DNA of 64,000 bases from Candidatus Obscuribacteraceae bacterium (lineage in GTDB: Bacteria; Cyanobacteriota; Vampirovibrionia; Obscuribacterales; Obscuribacteraceae). Position 1 is the stretch's first letter. The number at the start of each line of letters is the position of its first letter. The stretch covers positions 992,001-1,056,000 of the forward strand of contig JBGAHS010000001.1 of assembly GCA_044226015.1 (NCBI GenBank), in the 5' to 3' direction. A model generated the notes under the pieces. It worked only from the letters and a program-made list of their open reading frames with translations. It did not search any database and was not told where the DNA came from. The position numbers were made by a program, and so were the translations under genes. Positions 1-9,737 of this stretch are shown in pieces.

Positions 1-2521
1 CGCCAAGCACATTAGTGCGTATCAACACTTCTTCGTCAAGCAGTGTCTTCGCTTCCGAAATTCTTCCCATACGCAGCAAGCATACTGCTAGTGCATGGTT
101 GGAATCTGCGACTGAAAGGTGATTTTGTCCGAACAGTGCTTTTCGCTTGCTGAGTGCTTCTGTTAGAAGCGGCTCTGCATCCATCTCGGCACCTAGCGCA
201 ATAAACATTGCACCGACACTGTTCATTGACTCGAGCGTATCTGGATGGTTATCACCTAACGCTGCTTTGCGAAGTTTGAGTGATTTCTCCAGAAGCGGTG
301 TGCCTTCCAGAAGTTGATGTTCGTCCCCTAGAGTGCCGCGCTTCCAGTAGAGGCGACCGAGGTCGTGAACTGACGCTGCTGCGCTCGGGTGGTTTTCACC
401 AAGTGTTGTTTTGCGAATATACAACGCCTGGCTGAGGAATCTCTTGGATTCATCATAGTTACCCATGTGATAATGCAGAATTCCAAGTTGGTTGAAGCTT
501 GCTGCTGTTTCGGGGTGGCGTTCTCCAAGGCTCTTCTTGCGCGTGGTGAGTGAATGCTCAAGCAGTGGTTGCGTTTCTGCATAACGCCCCATCTTGTTCA
601 AGCACTCGCTATAGTGCAGCAAAGTTTGTGCAAAGTCAGGGTGTTCGATTCCGAGATGTTCTTTGCGATATGCCAGCGCCTGCGAGAGATATTTCTCAGC
701 TTGCGTCAGCTTATCGAGCAAGAAATAAAATCGACCCATGTCGCTCTTACTTTGGGCAGTGTCGATGTGATCGTCACCAAAGATTTTGGTGCGCATCGCC
801 AGTGCTTTCTCATACATTGTAGTGGCTTCCGCGTATTCGCCTTGCATCATATGGAGAATCGCGATGTCGTGAATTGTTTGTGCAATTGTTTTATGTTCTT
901 CGCCGAATAGCTGCTTACGCAAATCAAGCGCTTCATTTAGAACACGTTTCGCTTCTTTGTAGTTGGCACGCTTTGTATATAATTGACCGAGGTCGTTCAT
1001 AGTGCTGACTGTGTCAGCGTGATTGCTTCCGAGTGCCATAGCTCTCCGGACAAGCGCCTGCTGGAAAGTCTCTTCGGCTTCTGCGTACTTGCCTCGTTTG
1101 AATGCGATTACCCCAAGCTTATGGAGAATTTCTACTACTGCAAGATGTTCTCTTCCAAGAACTTCTTCCAGTGTTGGCAAACCGGCTCGATAATGCTTTT
1201 CTGCTTCTGCGTACTTGCCCTGATTGTAGAGACGGTCTCCATGGTGAGTGAATGCTTCCGAGAACGGTTGCTCGACAGTCATTTGGGTGTCGAATTCGGG
1301 CACCATCGGTAAACCTTGCGCCTGCATGCTCATGAGGCGCTCTGTGGCTTCGTCCAGTTTTTCTTGAGGGCGTGATCTTTCAGATTCTTCAATTAACTGG
1401 CGCGCTTCTTCTTCGAGTACTCGCTCAAGTTCTTTTTGCTTCTCAGCCGAAATCGGCACGGGGGGTGATGTTGGACCTGGTGCTAACTCTCTTGCTGCTG
1501 GAGCCGGACCAGCCATAGCTGGCTGGGCTTGTGGCGGCACTGCCTGCGGTGCTACCGCTGCTGGGGCTGGTTCAGCTAGAGGCGCGGCTGGTTTCCCTGC
1601 ATAGAAATTCGCCCCTGGTGCAGCAAGTTGCAATTCCTGTACTGTGCTGTCTTGAAACTGAGCCGCCAATTGTTTTTGCTTTTCAGCTTCTAATTGCTGT
1701 CGTTTTAGTTCTTCCTCTGCAGCGAGTCGCTTTCCTTCTTCTTCTGCTGCGCGGCGAGCCGATTCTATTTCGTCTGCTACTCGTTTTTGCTCAGCTTCTT
1801 CCTGAGCTCTCTTTGTAGTTTCTTGTTCGATGGCTTCGAGGCGCAAAGCTTCTTGCAATGCAGCTTCTTGTGCAGCTTTTCTCGAAGCTTCGGCTTCCAA
1901 TCTTGCTGCTTCTTCCTGTCTAGCATTCTCAAGACGCTCAGCTTCTAAGCGTGCGGCTTCGAGTCTTTCCGCTTCCAAGCGGGCGGCTTCTTCTCGTGCA
2001 GCCTCTTCTTTGGCAGCTTGCTCACGGGCGACATTCTCTGCCTGCAGGCGGCTTTCTTCAGCGGCTCTGTGTATAGCAGCTTCAGCTTCCTCTGCTGCTC
2101 TCTTAATTTGCTCAGTGTCAGTGGGGGCGACACCTGCATTTTGCAGTGTACCTACCAATGCTTGAATGGCAGCTGGTTCAGCACCCTGAGGCATTAGCAA
2201 TTTGAACTCTTTGACCAGGTCTCTGTTTTGCACCAGAGAAAGCGTAAACTCTATGACTTTATCTGACTCGGCATTTTTTCCAATCATTGGAAGAAGTTGT
2301 GCCATCACTTGTAGCTCAGCGATCTTATTCATTCGCTCGAGCGCAGTATTGAGAGTCTGAATCTGTTTCATTGATTCAGCGTGTTGAACCCGCAGCAGCT
2401 CGGCTTGTTGGCTGTGCAATTGTTCTTGCTTTGCAACCATAGAATTGACCTGGTCGCTAATAAGTTGTTTGAGTAGGTCAGAATCAGGTTGCGCTGTCAT
2501 TAATCCGTTGTTCTCATTCAT
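1..2521 (-). CDS. Large TPR-repeat protein (kinesin-light-chain-like TPRs) with an Ala/Glu/Arg coiled coil and a Pro/Ala linker; runs off the left edge
   Basis: Absent from the ORF track, consistent with no stop inside the window. Manual translation from ATG at 2521 gives MNENNGLMTAQPDSDLLKQ..., then EAARLEAER-type repeats, and in the same frame near the edge ALGDNHPDTLESMNSVGAMF...EALSKRKALFGQNHLSVADSNHALA...TNVLG. Confidence 0.85.
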   Translation of the reverse strand, partial: MNENNGLMTAQPDSDLLKQLISDQVNSMVAKQEQLHSQQAELLRVQHAESMKQIQTLNTALERMNKIAELQVMAQLLPMIGKNAESDKVIEFTLSLVQNRDLVKEFKLLMPQGAEPAAIQALVGTLQNAGVAPTDTEQIKRAAEEAEAAIHRAAEESRLQAENVAREQAAKEEAAREEAARLEAERLEAARLEAERLENARQEEAARLEAEASRKAAQEAALQEALRLEAIEQETTKRAQEEAEQKRVADEIESARRAAEEEGKRLAAEEELKRQQLEAEKQKQLAAQFQDSTVQELQLAAPGANFYAGKPAAPLAEPAPAAVAPQAVPPQAQPAMAGPAPAARELAPGPTSPPVPISAEKQKELERVLEEEARQLIEESERSRPQEKLDEATERLMSMQAQGLPMVPEFDTQMTVEQPFSEAFTHHGDRLYNQGKYAEAEKHYRAGLPTLEEVLGREHLAVVEILHKLGVIAFKRGKYAEAEETFQQALVRRAMALGSNHADTVSTMNDLGQLYTKRANYKEAKRVLNEALDLRKQLFGEEHKTIAQTIHDIAILHMMQGEYAEATTMYEKALAMRTKIFGDDHIDTAQSKSDMGRFYFLLDKLTQAEKYLSQALAYRKEHLGIEHPDFAQTLLHYSECLNKMGRYAETQPLLEHSLTTRKKSLGERHPETAASFNQLGILHYHMGNYDESKRFLSQALYIRKTTLGENHPSAAASVHDLGRLYWKRGTLGDEHQLLEGTPLLEKSLKLRKAALGDNHPDTLESMNSVGAMFIALGAEMDAEPLLTEALSKRKALFGQNHLSVADSNHALAVCLLRMGRISEAKTLLDEEVLIRTNVLG

Positions 2522-3027
2522 TATTCGAAAATTCCCCACAGAACCCGCCTGTCTGCAAGAGGCAGTACTATATTGTGCCCAGTTAGCTTCGCTTCCCCCA
2601 CTAAGATTCTAAAATTTGGGAGCTTTGAACTTCTTGACAAGCGGGGCGTATGAGATTTTGTTCAGTAGTTCTAAATTTTTGTCGACTTCTTTTGGCTGAA
2701 GCAATTCAAAAAAAAATTTCTGGGTAAATTTAAATACTTTTTCGATTTCGGTTCAGTGGCTGTCGGTTTCAAGACGGTTTTTCGGAACGTCAGGACAGTA
2801 GCAGCTTGGGCCGACTCGCAAAAGCTTTGCTTTGTCAGCGTTTTCCAATATCAACAGATGAAATCTTTCAATTCGGTTGTCGCAATTTCGAATCAAATGC
2901 ATATATTCAATCGGCTGAATCAGGAAAACGATCAACTCAATATCTTTGAGTGATTGATTAGGCTGCGCACTGTGGGGACAGTGCTGGTCTTTCGCGTGTC
3001 GTGTCGCTGAGACACGGAGGAAAGATT

Positions 3028-3954
3028 ATGGCTACACCTGGCGACAACACAGTTTCTGAAAGACTTCCACGCGATATAGAAAATGCTCTGGCTGATTTTG
3101 GGACGCAACTGCTGACCGAGACCAAGCATTTCTCGCGTTCTATCAATAAGATGATAAACGAATTGCCCTCGTTATTTCCGCGTCTTGATCTTATAGATCA
3201 GAAACCAGCGAAGTCCGAAAAGTCGGCATTGAGTGAGTCTCACAAGGTTCTCTATGGGAATCATGAGAATCCGCTGGATGCCGTAAAGCCCGACGCGTGC
3301 ACTCAGCCCGTCGGAATCGGAAATTGTTACTTTGTCGCAGCTATGGCTTCCCTCTCAAAATCAAATCCACAAGCCATTGTCGATATGATCAAAAGTAATA
3401 AAGATGGAACCTACACTGTGAAATTCCCTGGTGCTTCTGAGACCTACACCGTGGAAAAGCCGACTAAGGACGAGCTAGAACAAGTGGGCGGTTCAAGCTC
3501 TTACGGCGACTGGCCGGTCGTTATGATGAAAGCCTTCGGTAAGCACTGTGGTGGTGGCAAGGGAGGTATTGAAAAGACTGACGGTGGTTCGCTTTTCAGT
3601 CTGGGCGTCAGGGTGCTAACTGACAAAGGTGTCGTTAACAATGGTGTAGGGTATATGGTTCCGCTATTGAGTTGGAAAGATCTCGATAGCCACTTGAACG
3701 GAGCTATGAATTCCAAGGATGCATTGCCGGTTACAGCAAGTACACGCTACTCTTTCTCCAGCGAGAAGACGACTAAGGCTGGTTTCCGTAGTGAGCACGT
3801 TTATAGCGTTCTTTCATACAAACCGGACTCTAAGAATCTAAAAGACGGCAAGGTGCTTGTGCGTAATCCCTGGGGAGGTAAGGACGCAACCAGTGAAATA
3901 ACTCTGCAACAATTCAGTGACAACTTTTTTCAACTGAGCATTCCAAACCGTTAG
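3028..3954 (+). CDS. Calpain-like (peptidase C2, papain fold) cysteine protease
   Basis: Motifs TQPVGIGNCYFVAAMASL (Gln/Cys), SEHVYSV (His) and VRNPWG (Asn). GGAGG precedes ATG 3028. Confidence 0.8.
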   Translation: MATPGDNTVSERLPRDIENALADFGTQLLTETKHFSRSINKMINELPSLFPRLDLIDQKPAKSEKSALSESHKVLYGNHENPLDAVKPDACTQPVGIGNCYFVAAMASLSKSNPQAIVDMIKSNKDGTYTVKFPGASETYTVEKPTKDELEQVGGSSSYGDWPVVMMKAFGKHCGGGKGGIEKTDGGSLFSLGVRVLTDKGVVNNGVGYMVPLLSWKDLDSHLNGAMNSKDALPVTASTRYSFSSEKTTKAGFRSEHVYSVLSYKPDSKNLKDGKVLVRNPWGGKDATSEITLQQFSDNFFQLSIPNR

Positions 3955-4107
3955 CCCAAAAACATTGCTGCAGCGGGATCTTTTGACTACGAAAAAATGA
4001 ATCGTATTATGAATAAGATCCGTTAAATGGCAATAGGGCGGGCGTGAAAGTATACTTGAAACCCAAATCCCCTTATAAATTGTCATTTCCGAGTTAAGGC
4101 TGTCACG

Positions 4108-5013
4108 ATGACCCCCGGTACCAAAGCAAATTCAAACAATCCTCTTTCGCGTCAACAAGGCAATGCTGCTTTTCAAGAGGCGCGCCGTGTTGTTGGCGTT
4201 TCAGCCAGAGACCAGGTCATGATTGAGTTTCAGCGCACGTCGTTGGAAATGGCTAAGCGTTTCATGGAAGCACAGCAAAACGTCATGCTTGCTTATCTTG
4301 GCGCTCAAGGGCAGACAAATAGTTTCAATTCAGAGTTCATCGACCTGGCTGTTCAATCTCAGTCAGCATGGGTTCAGTCACCTGTGAATTATGCAGTCAG
4401 TGCCGAAGCGCCTGTGACCAATCCGACGGTGCAATACGAAAGCAACAAGGCTGCAGTGGTCAAGGTTGAACCTGCCATTGTGAGCAATGAAATCGTAGTG
4501 GCTCCTATGGTGGCAGAGGCAGCGGCGGTTCCGGCGAACGGTGGTTCTAATGGAAAGTCGAACGGTGCAAATACTGAAGTAGTTAGTCTTGTTAAGTCGG
4601 GCAATAATGGTAGCGGTCCGCTTTCACCTAGCAGCACCACATCTGGTGCTAGTAACGCGCCTGATGCAGAGCAGTTAGTTGCATCTCTTATAGAGATTGT
4701 GAGCGAAAGAACCGGCTATCCACCCGAAATGCTTGACCCTGAGCTTGATCTTGAAGCTGATTTGGGAATTGATTCAATTAAACGTGTTGAGATTTTGAAT
4801 AACTTCAGAAAATTACTACCGGAAAGCACACAGTCTGTTTTGGAAGAAGGCATCGAGCGTTTAGCTGGAGTCAAGACTCTTGCTGGAATTATCGATTGGA
4901 TCAGAAATGATCTAGACCTGGGTGGATCATCATCTAATTCAACAGCTATTAATAGCCTGTCACTGGCTCCTGGCTCCGCAGAAACTAGCCAGATGCAACG
5001 AGAACTGGTCTAA
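4108..5013 (+). CDS. PfaA/HglE-type acyl carrier protein with a long N-terminal linker
   Basis: IVSERTGYPPEMLDPELDLEADLGIDSIKRVEIL is the PUFA-synthase-type ACP signature including the phosphopantetheine Ser. Only one ACP domain is present. Confidence 0.85.
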   Translation: MTPGTKANSNNPLSRQQGNAAFQEARRVVGVSARDQVMIEFQRTSLEMAKRFMEAQQNVMLAYLGAQGQTNSFNSEFIDLAVQSQSAWVQSPVNYAVSAEAPVTNPTVQYESNKAAVVKVEPAIVSNEIVVAPMVAEAAAVPANGGSNGKSNGANTEVVSLVKSGNNGSGPLSPSSTTSGASNAPDAEQLVASLIEIVSERTGYPPEMLDPELDLEADLGIDSIKRVEILNNFRKLLPESTQSVLEEGIERLAGVKTLAGIIDWIRNDLDLGGSSSNSTAINSLSLAPGSAETSQMQRELV

Positions 5014-6908
5014 TGTCCTCCGCAAAATCTGACTGCATTGCAATCGTTGGAATGTCCTGTATCTTCCCGGGTGCCGAAAGCCTGTCGCAATTTTGGTCAA
5101 ACATTGAGAGTGGCGTAGACTCACTTAGAGAGCCCTCTGCCAGTGAGTGGGATGCTGTCTTTTACAAGAACAAATCTGAGTCGCAGTTCGGCCGTATCTA
5201 TTGCAGCAAGGCGGGGTTTATCACCGAATATGCGAATTTCAACCCGCTCGATTTCGGCATAATGCCAGCCAGTTTGCGCGGAGCTGACCCAGATCAATTC
5301 CTCGCTCTTCGAGTAGCCGCTGAGGCTTTGCTAGACGCTGGATACAGTCATAAGAATTTCAATGGTGAGCGAGCAGATATAGTTATCGGCAGAACCATGG
5401 CACCAGGGGTGGGGTCGCTCAATCTGATTCAACATGGACAGACTATAGACCAGGTTCTAGCTGCATTGCGTGTGGTGAACCCAGGCTTAAGCGATGCTGA
5501 CTATGAAAAGATTTCTGCTGCCCTTCACAAATCTCTTGAGCCTTGCAATGCTGACACTATTCCTGCGGTCATGCCAAATGTTCTGTCTGGACGCATCGCA
5601 AGCAAGCTAGGATTTCGTGGACGAAATCTTGTTTTGGACGCTGCCTGTGCTTCTTCTCTGGTCGCAGTTGAGACCATAATGCAAGGGCTATTAGCAGGCA
5701 GTTCAGACCTCGGTATTGCTGGTGGAATTCATGTCAATTCCAGCCCGTATTTTTCTCAAATGTTCTGTGAGCTAGGCGCGCTTTCGAGCAATAATTCAAT
5801 TCGTCCTTTTGATGAAGCAGCTGACGGCACCATGCTTGGCGAAGGCGTCGGCATGGTTGTTCTGAAGAGATATGCTGACGCGTTGAGAGATGGCAATAAA
5901 ATTTACGCCCTGATTAAAGGCATTGGTTCATCGAGCGATGGAAGAGGCAGTTCCTCTCTTGCGCCGAGCGAAGATGGTGAAGCTCTCGCTATGAACAGAG
6001 CTTACAGTATGGCTGGCGTTAGCCCTTTGACAGTGGGGCTTTACGAAGCCCATGGCACAGGCACGAAGGCAGGCGACAAGGCCGAAATGAAAGCTGTGCA
6101 AATGGTATTCAATAGAGAGGCTGCAAAAGTAGAGCCATGGTGTGCTCTGGGCTCAGTTAAAACAAATATCGGGCATACGCAGGCAGCCAGTGGCATTGCC
6201 GGTTTAATAAAAGCTGCATTGGCTTTGCACTATAAAGTTATTCCACCAGCCATCAATTTCAGCAAGCCGAGTTCTCAGATAGATTGGGATAAGTCTCCTT
6301 GCTATTTGAGTTCAGAAAAGAAAGCCTGGGTCCTGAAATCCGGAGAACATCCGCGTAGAGCTGCAATCTCAGCCTTTGGTTTTGGCGGTGTCAATTCGCA
6401 TGCTGTGCTTGAGGAATTCGTTGCTGACGCTTCTTACAATCCAACACCATTGGTGCTGCCTAAGGTGCGAAGCGCTAAATCGATTAGGTTGAACCTCCGT
6501 TATCCTGAGCTATCACTTAAAGGGTTGGAACAGGATTTTCAGTCTCGCTCTGAATTGCGAGCTGACGCGGTCTCTGGGGCCGACCAGAAGCAAGCAAGTT
6601 CTCTTACTTCAATTGCGAAGCCTGGCAGTCTCGCTCGTGCTCGAATTGATATAAAAGCCTCAGCTCCAATTGAAACACAATCTGCCGCACCGGCTTCCCC
6701 TGCTGTTGTCCGACAGAAAGTAAGTCAGCTTGTTCCTCCAGCAGTTTCGTCGACTCAAAATCAAATAATTGAGTCAGTATCAGTGACTGAAACCAATCAG
6801 GACGAGGTAATGGTGACCTATCTTCAGACGGTAGGAAGCTTTCAGAAGAACTTACTAAATGTTCAAGAGCAGGTATTGATGCAATACCTCTCTCAAGAAG
6901 AACAATAA
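5013..6908 (+). CDS. Stand-alone type I PKS ketosynthase (PfaA-like), without AT, KR or ACP domains
   Basis: IAIVGMSCIFPGA, DPDQ, DAACASS (Cys), EAHGTGT (His), KTNIGH (His), SAFGFGGVNSH. The start overlaps the upstream stop (TAATG). Confidence 0.9.
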   Translation: MSSAKSDCIAIVGMSCIFPGAESLSQFWSNIESGVDSLREPSASEWDAVFYKNKSESQFGRIYCSKAGFITEYANFNPLDFGIMPASLRGADPDQFLALRVAAEALLDAGYSHKNFNGERADIVIGRTMAPGVGSLNLIQHGQTIDQVLAALRVVNPGLSDADYEKISAALHKSLEPCNADTIPAVMPNVLSGRIASKLGFRGRNLVLDAACASSLVAVETIMQGLLAGSSDLGIAGGIHVNSSPYFSQMFCELGALSSNNSIRPFDEAADGTMLGEGVGMVVLKRYADALRDGNKIYALIKGIGSSSDGRGSSSLAPSEDGEALAMNRAYSMAGVSPLTVGLYEAHGTGTKAGDKAEMKAVQMVFNREAAKVEPWCALGSVKTNIGHTQAASGIAGLIKAALALHYKVIPPAINFSKPSSQIDWDKSPCYLSSEKKAWVLKSGEHPRRAAISAFGFGGVNSHAVLEEFVADASYNPTPLVLPKVRSAKSIRLNLRYPELSLKGLEQDFQSRSELRADAVSGADQKQASSLTSIAKPGSLARARIDIKASAPIETQSAAPASPAVVRQKVSQLVPPAVSSTQNQIIESVSVTETNQDEVMVTYLQTVGSFQKNLLNVQEQVLMQYLSQEEQ

Positions 6909-6915
6909 ACCCTGA

Positions 6916-7692
6916 CTATTCGTTTGCGCTTGCTGATTTCTCTTTGTTTGCTTCAGGTTCATGAGCAACTGGCGTGAATCCTAACGAACGGCTGGTTTGC
7001 ATGTCTCTGCTGGCAGCTTCGCGATTGCCGAGTTCAGAATAAACACGAGAGCGTTTGTAATAAGCTTCGCCTTCTTGATGAAACATGTGAACCGGATCGG
7101 GATTCAAGGAAATAGCTTTCGTGTAGTCTTTCAACGCTTCTTTCAGTTTCTTTTGCTTGAGATATGCATCGCCGCGAGTGATATAAGAGTCTGCATCACT
7201 TGAGTCAATTGCGATTGCAGAGCTTGCGTCAGTAATTGCTTTATCGATATCACCCTTTCCCAGCTCGACCTCTGCTCTGTTTTCGAGAATGTCTCCACGT
7301 TCAGGGTCGAGGTTCAAAGCGCGGTTGATTGATTCAATTGCTTCATCGAATTTTCCAAGTTTGTATAAGCAGAACCCTCTGCTGCTCAATGCGTCAACAC
7401 TGTGGGGGGCGCATTTCAAGGCCGCGTCAAATTCTTGCAAGGCTACGTCCATTTTTCCTAAACGGCTGTATGCAAATCCTCTGGCGATGTAACCATTGGC
7501 AAACTTCGGATTAATACTCAACGCGCGGGTGAGCACTTTTACCGCCTCTGTCATCTGCCCGTTTGCAATCATACGCTGGGCTCTCAAATAGTCGTCGTTA
7601 ACAGCATCGGCGAACGCGTTGTTGTTAAATGATGCGATGAAAATTGCCAGCGAGGAAATGGTTTTGAGTGTTGTCTTGTTTTTATTGTTCAA
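6916..7692 (-). CDS. Secreted TPR-repeat protein
   Basis: Several canonical TPRs (GYIARGFAYSRLG, ALSSRGFCLYKLG, SYITRGDAY) and a signal-like N-terminus. Start set at TTG 7692 behind GAGGG; the track start of 7800 overlaps fabD. Confidence 0.75.
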   Translation of the reverse strand: MNNKNKTTLKTISSLAIFIASFNNNAFADAVNDDYLRAQRMIANGQMTEAVKVLTRALSINPKFANGYIARGFAYSRLGKMDVALQEFDAALKCAPHSVDALSSRGFCLYKLGKFDEAIESINRALNLDPERGDILENRAEVELGKGDIDKAITDASSAIAIDSSDADSYITRGDAYLKQKKLKEALKDYTKAISLNPDPVHMFHQEGEAYYKRSRVYSELGNREAASRDMQTSRSLGFTPVAHEPEANKEKSASANE

Positions 7693-7711
7693 CGCAATAC
7701 CCTCGGATTCT

Positions 7712-8662
7712 CTAGACAGTTGCTGCTTGCTTGAGTTCAGACAAAACCTGTTCGAGTGTTTCGGTGTCGTAAATGTTGAAGATGTTCGCAGCGCGATCAA
7801 TCTTTTTGACCATTCCAGTTAGTGCCTTGCCGGGGCCAATCTCGATGAAAGTATCGACGCCCTGTTGCAACATGTATTCGATGGAGTTTGACCAGCGAAC
7901 TGCACTCGGCATTTGCTTGGAAAGCTTCTGTTTGAGCTCTTCCTTATTTGTTGCAGACTTCGCGTCATAATTTTGAACAACTGGAATCTTCGCATCATTC
8001 ATTTGCCAGTTATTGAGTTCTGCGGCAAATGTTTCAGCTGCTGATTGCATCAATGGAGAATGGAATGCACCTCCAACTGGAAGTGGTATCACACGTTTGG
8101 CACCGCCTGCTTTTGCTTTGCTACCCGCTAATTCAACTGCTTCGGGGCTGCCTGAAATGACCAGCTGCTCGCCAGTGTTGAAGTTTGCAACTATCACTAC
8201 GCTTCCAGGCTTTTCGCTCTGGGCTTCTTTACAGCAATTCTCCAGTGCCTCGGCGCTCATTCCCATAATGGCTGACATGGCACCAGCGGGGCATTCTTCC
8301 ATCAGTCTTGCGCGGCGGTCGACAAGGCGAACACAGGCTTCTAACGGAAGAGCCTCGGCAGCGCTGAGAGCACTAAATTCACCGAGGCTGTGTCCTGCTA
8401 CAAATGATGGTTTCGGTCCGCCTTGTGCTTCATAAGCCTTCCATGCTGCCAGTGAAACCGCAAGAATCGTTGGTTGCGTATTTATTGTTCTCTTCAAATC
8501 TTCTTCCGGACCGTTGAAGCAAAGCTCGGATAAACTGCGTCCGGCGATTGCATCAATCTCTTCAAAGGTCTTTCGAGCAATAGCATTTTTTTCAAACAGA
8601 TCTTTGCCCATTCCGACGGATTGCGCTCCCTGTCCGGGAAAAACTACTGCTATTTTTTTCAT
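7712..8662 (-). CDS. fabD: Malonyl CoA-ACP transacylase
   Basis: VFPGQGAQ, TQP, AGHSLGE, GAFHSPLM, EIGPG; lies in the plsX-fabH operon. Confidence 0.95.
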   Translation of the reverse strand: MKKIAVVFPGQGAQSVGMGKDLFEKNAIARKTFEEIDAIAGRSLSELCFNGPEEDLKRTINTQPTILAVSLAAWKAYEAQGGPKPSFVAGHSLGEFSALSAAEALPLEACVRLVDRRARLMEECPAGAMSAIMGMSAEALENCCKEAQSEKPGSVVIVANFNTGEQLVISGSPEAVELAGSKAKAGGAKRVIPLPVGGAFHSPLMQSAAETFAAELNNWQMNDAKIPVVQNYDAKSATNKEELKQKLSKQMPSAVRWSNSIEYMLQQGVDTFIEIGPGKALTGMVKKIDRAANIFNIYDTETLEQVLSELKQAATV

Positions 8663-9735
8663 GATGATGCTTTTCCTGTAGATACTTGTTCTGTGTTTGT
8701 CTCTGTGGTTTCCGGTTTGCTTTCTGTGATTCGTTTATCAACTGCTGTCCATCTGGTGATGGCTGAGCCCCATGTGAGCCCGCCTCCGAAACCAACTAGC
8801 GCAATGGTAGATGGATTCTTGATGGTATTGCGACGAACGGCCTCGGCAAAAGCTAGAGGAATTGATGCTGCAGAGGTGTTGCCGTAGTCAGCTACGTTGC
8901 TGATTAATTGCTCCAGTCGCATTCCAAGCCGTTCTGCCACAGCTTTGATGATACGTTGGTTTGCCTGGTGGGGTACCATGTAATCTAGATCTTTGACTTC
9001 GATTCCAGCTTTTTGGCAACAGTGTTTGACGGCTTCTGGAACTTCTTTAACAGCGAACTCGTAAATGGCGCGCCCATTCATTTGAAGAAATCTGTCCATC
9101 GCTTGAGGCTTTTCTGTACCAGCGTGAGGAAACATTGTTCCGTAATTCGGAATCCAGAGCAGATGTCCACCGCTGCCATCAGCCTTCAAGTATGTCGCAA
9201 GCACTTGGTTTTCTTCGCAGGCTTGCATAATGAACGCTCCGGCGCCGTCTCCAAACAGGATGCAAGTATTTCTATCTTGCCAATCTAAAAATCGAGAGTG
9301 AATATCAACACCACACACAAGAACTGTTTTGTACATTCCAGTATTGATGAATTGCTGAGCGATGGTGAGGGCATAAATTATGCCTGTGCATGCAGCTTCT
9401 ACATCGAACGCCGCTGCACGTTTTGCTTTCACATGCGCTTGAACCATGCATGCTGTTGATGGATACAAATTATCTGGTGTCGAGGTAGCGACAATAATCA
9501 AATCTATTTCTTCAGGGTCTATTCCTGCAAAGCCAATAGCATCGCGAGCAGCTTCTGCAGCTAGTTCGCTTGCTGTCTCGTTCTCGTTGACGACGTGTCT
9601 TTGTCTAATTCCAGTTCTTGAAGTGATCCACTCATCAGATGTGTCGACAAGTTTCTCGATATCAGCATTTGTCACCACATGTGGTGGAACAGCTGAACCG
9701 ACTCCGATCAGTCTAGCGCCTACTGGAAATTTCAC
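8659..9735 (-). CDS. fabH: 3-oxoacyl-ACP synthase III
   Basis: DTSDEWITSRTGI, AACTG (Cys), LFGDGAGA, PHQAN, GNTSAASIP, GFGGGLTWG. Confidence 0.95.
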   Translation of the reverse strand: MKFPVGARLIGVGSAVPPHVVTNADIEKLVDTSDEWITSRTGIRQRHVVNENETASELAAEAARDAIGFAGIDPEEIDLIIVATSTPDNLYPSTACMVQAHVKAKRAAAFDVEAACTGIIYALTIAQQFINTGMYKTVLVCGVDIHSRFLDWQDRNTCILFGDGAGAFIMQACEENQVLATYLKADGSGGHLLWIPNYGTMFPHAGTEKPQAMDRFLQMNGRAIYEFAVKEVPEAVKHCCQKAGIEVKDLDYMVPHQANQRIIKAVAERLGMRLEQLISNVADYGNTSAASIPLAFAEAVRRNTIKNPSTIALVGFGGGLTWGSAITRWTAVDKRITESKPETTETNTEQVSTGKASS

Positions 9736-9737
9736 TT

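Noticed and set aside
328..2165. Short plus-strand ORFs in the track
   Set aside because: Antisense shadows of the long minus-strand TPR gene.
4108..6908. Complete PUFA or heterocyst-glycolipid synthase cluster
   Set aside because: Only one ACP and one KS; no AT, KR, DH, ER or PPTase in the locus.
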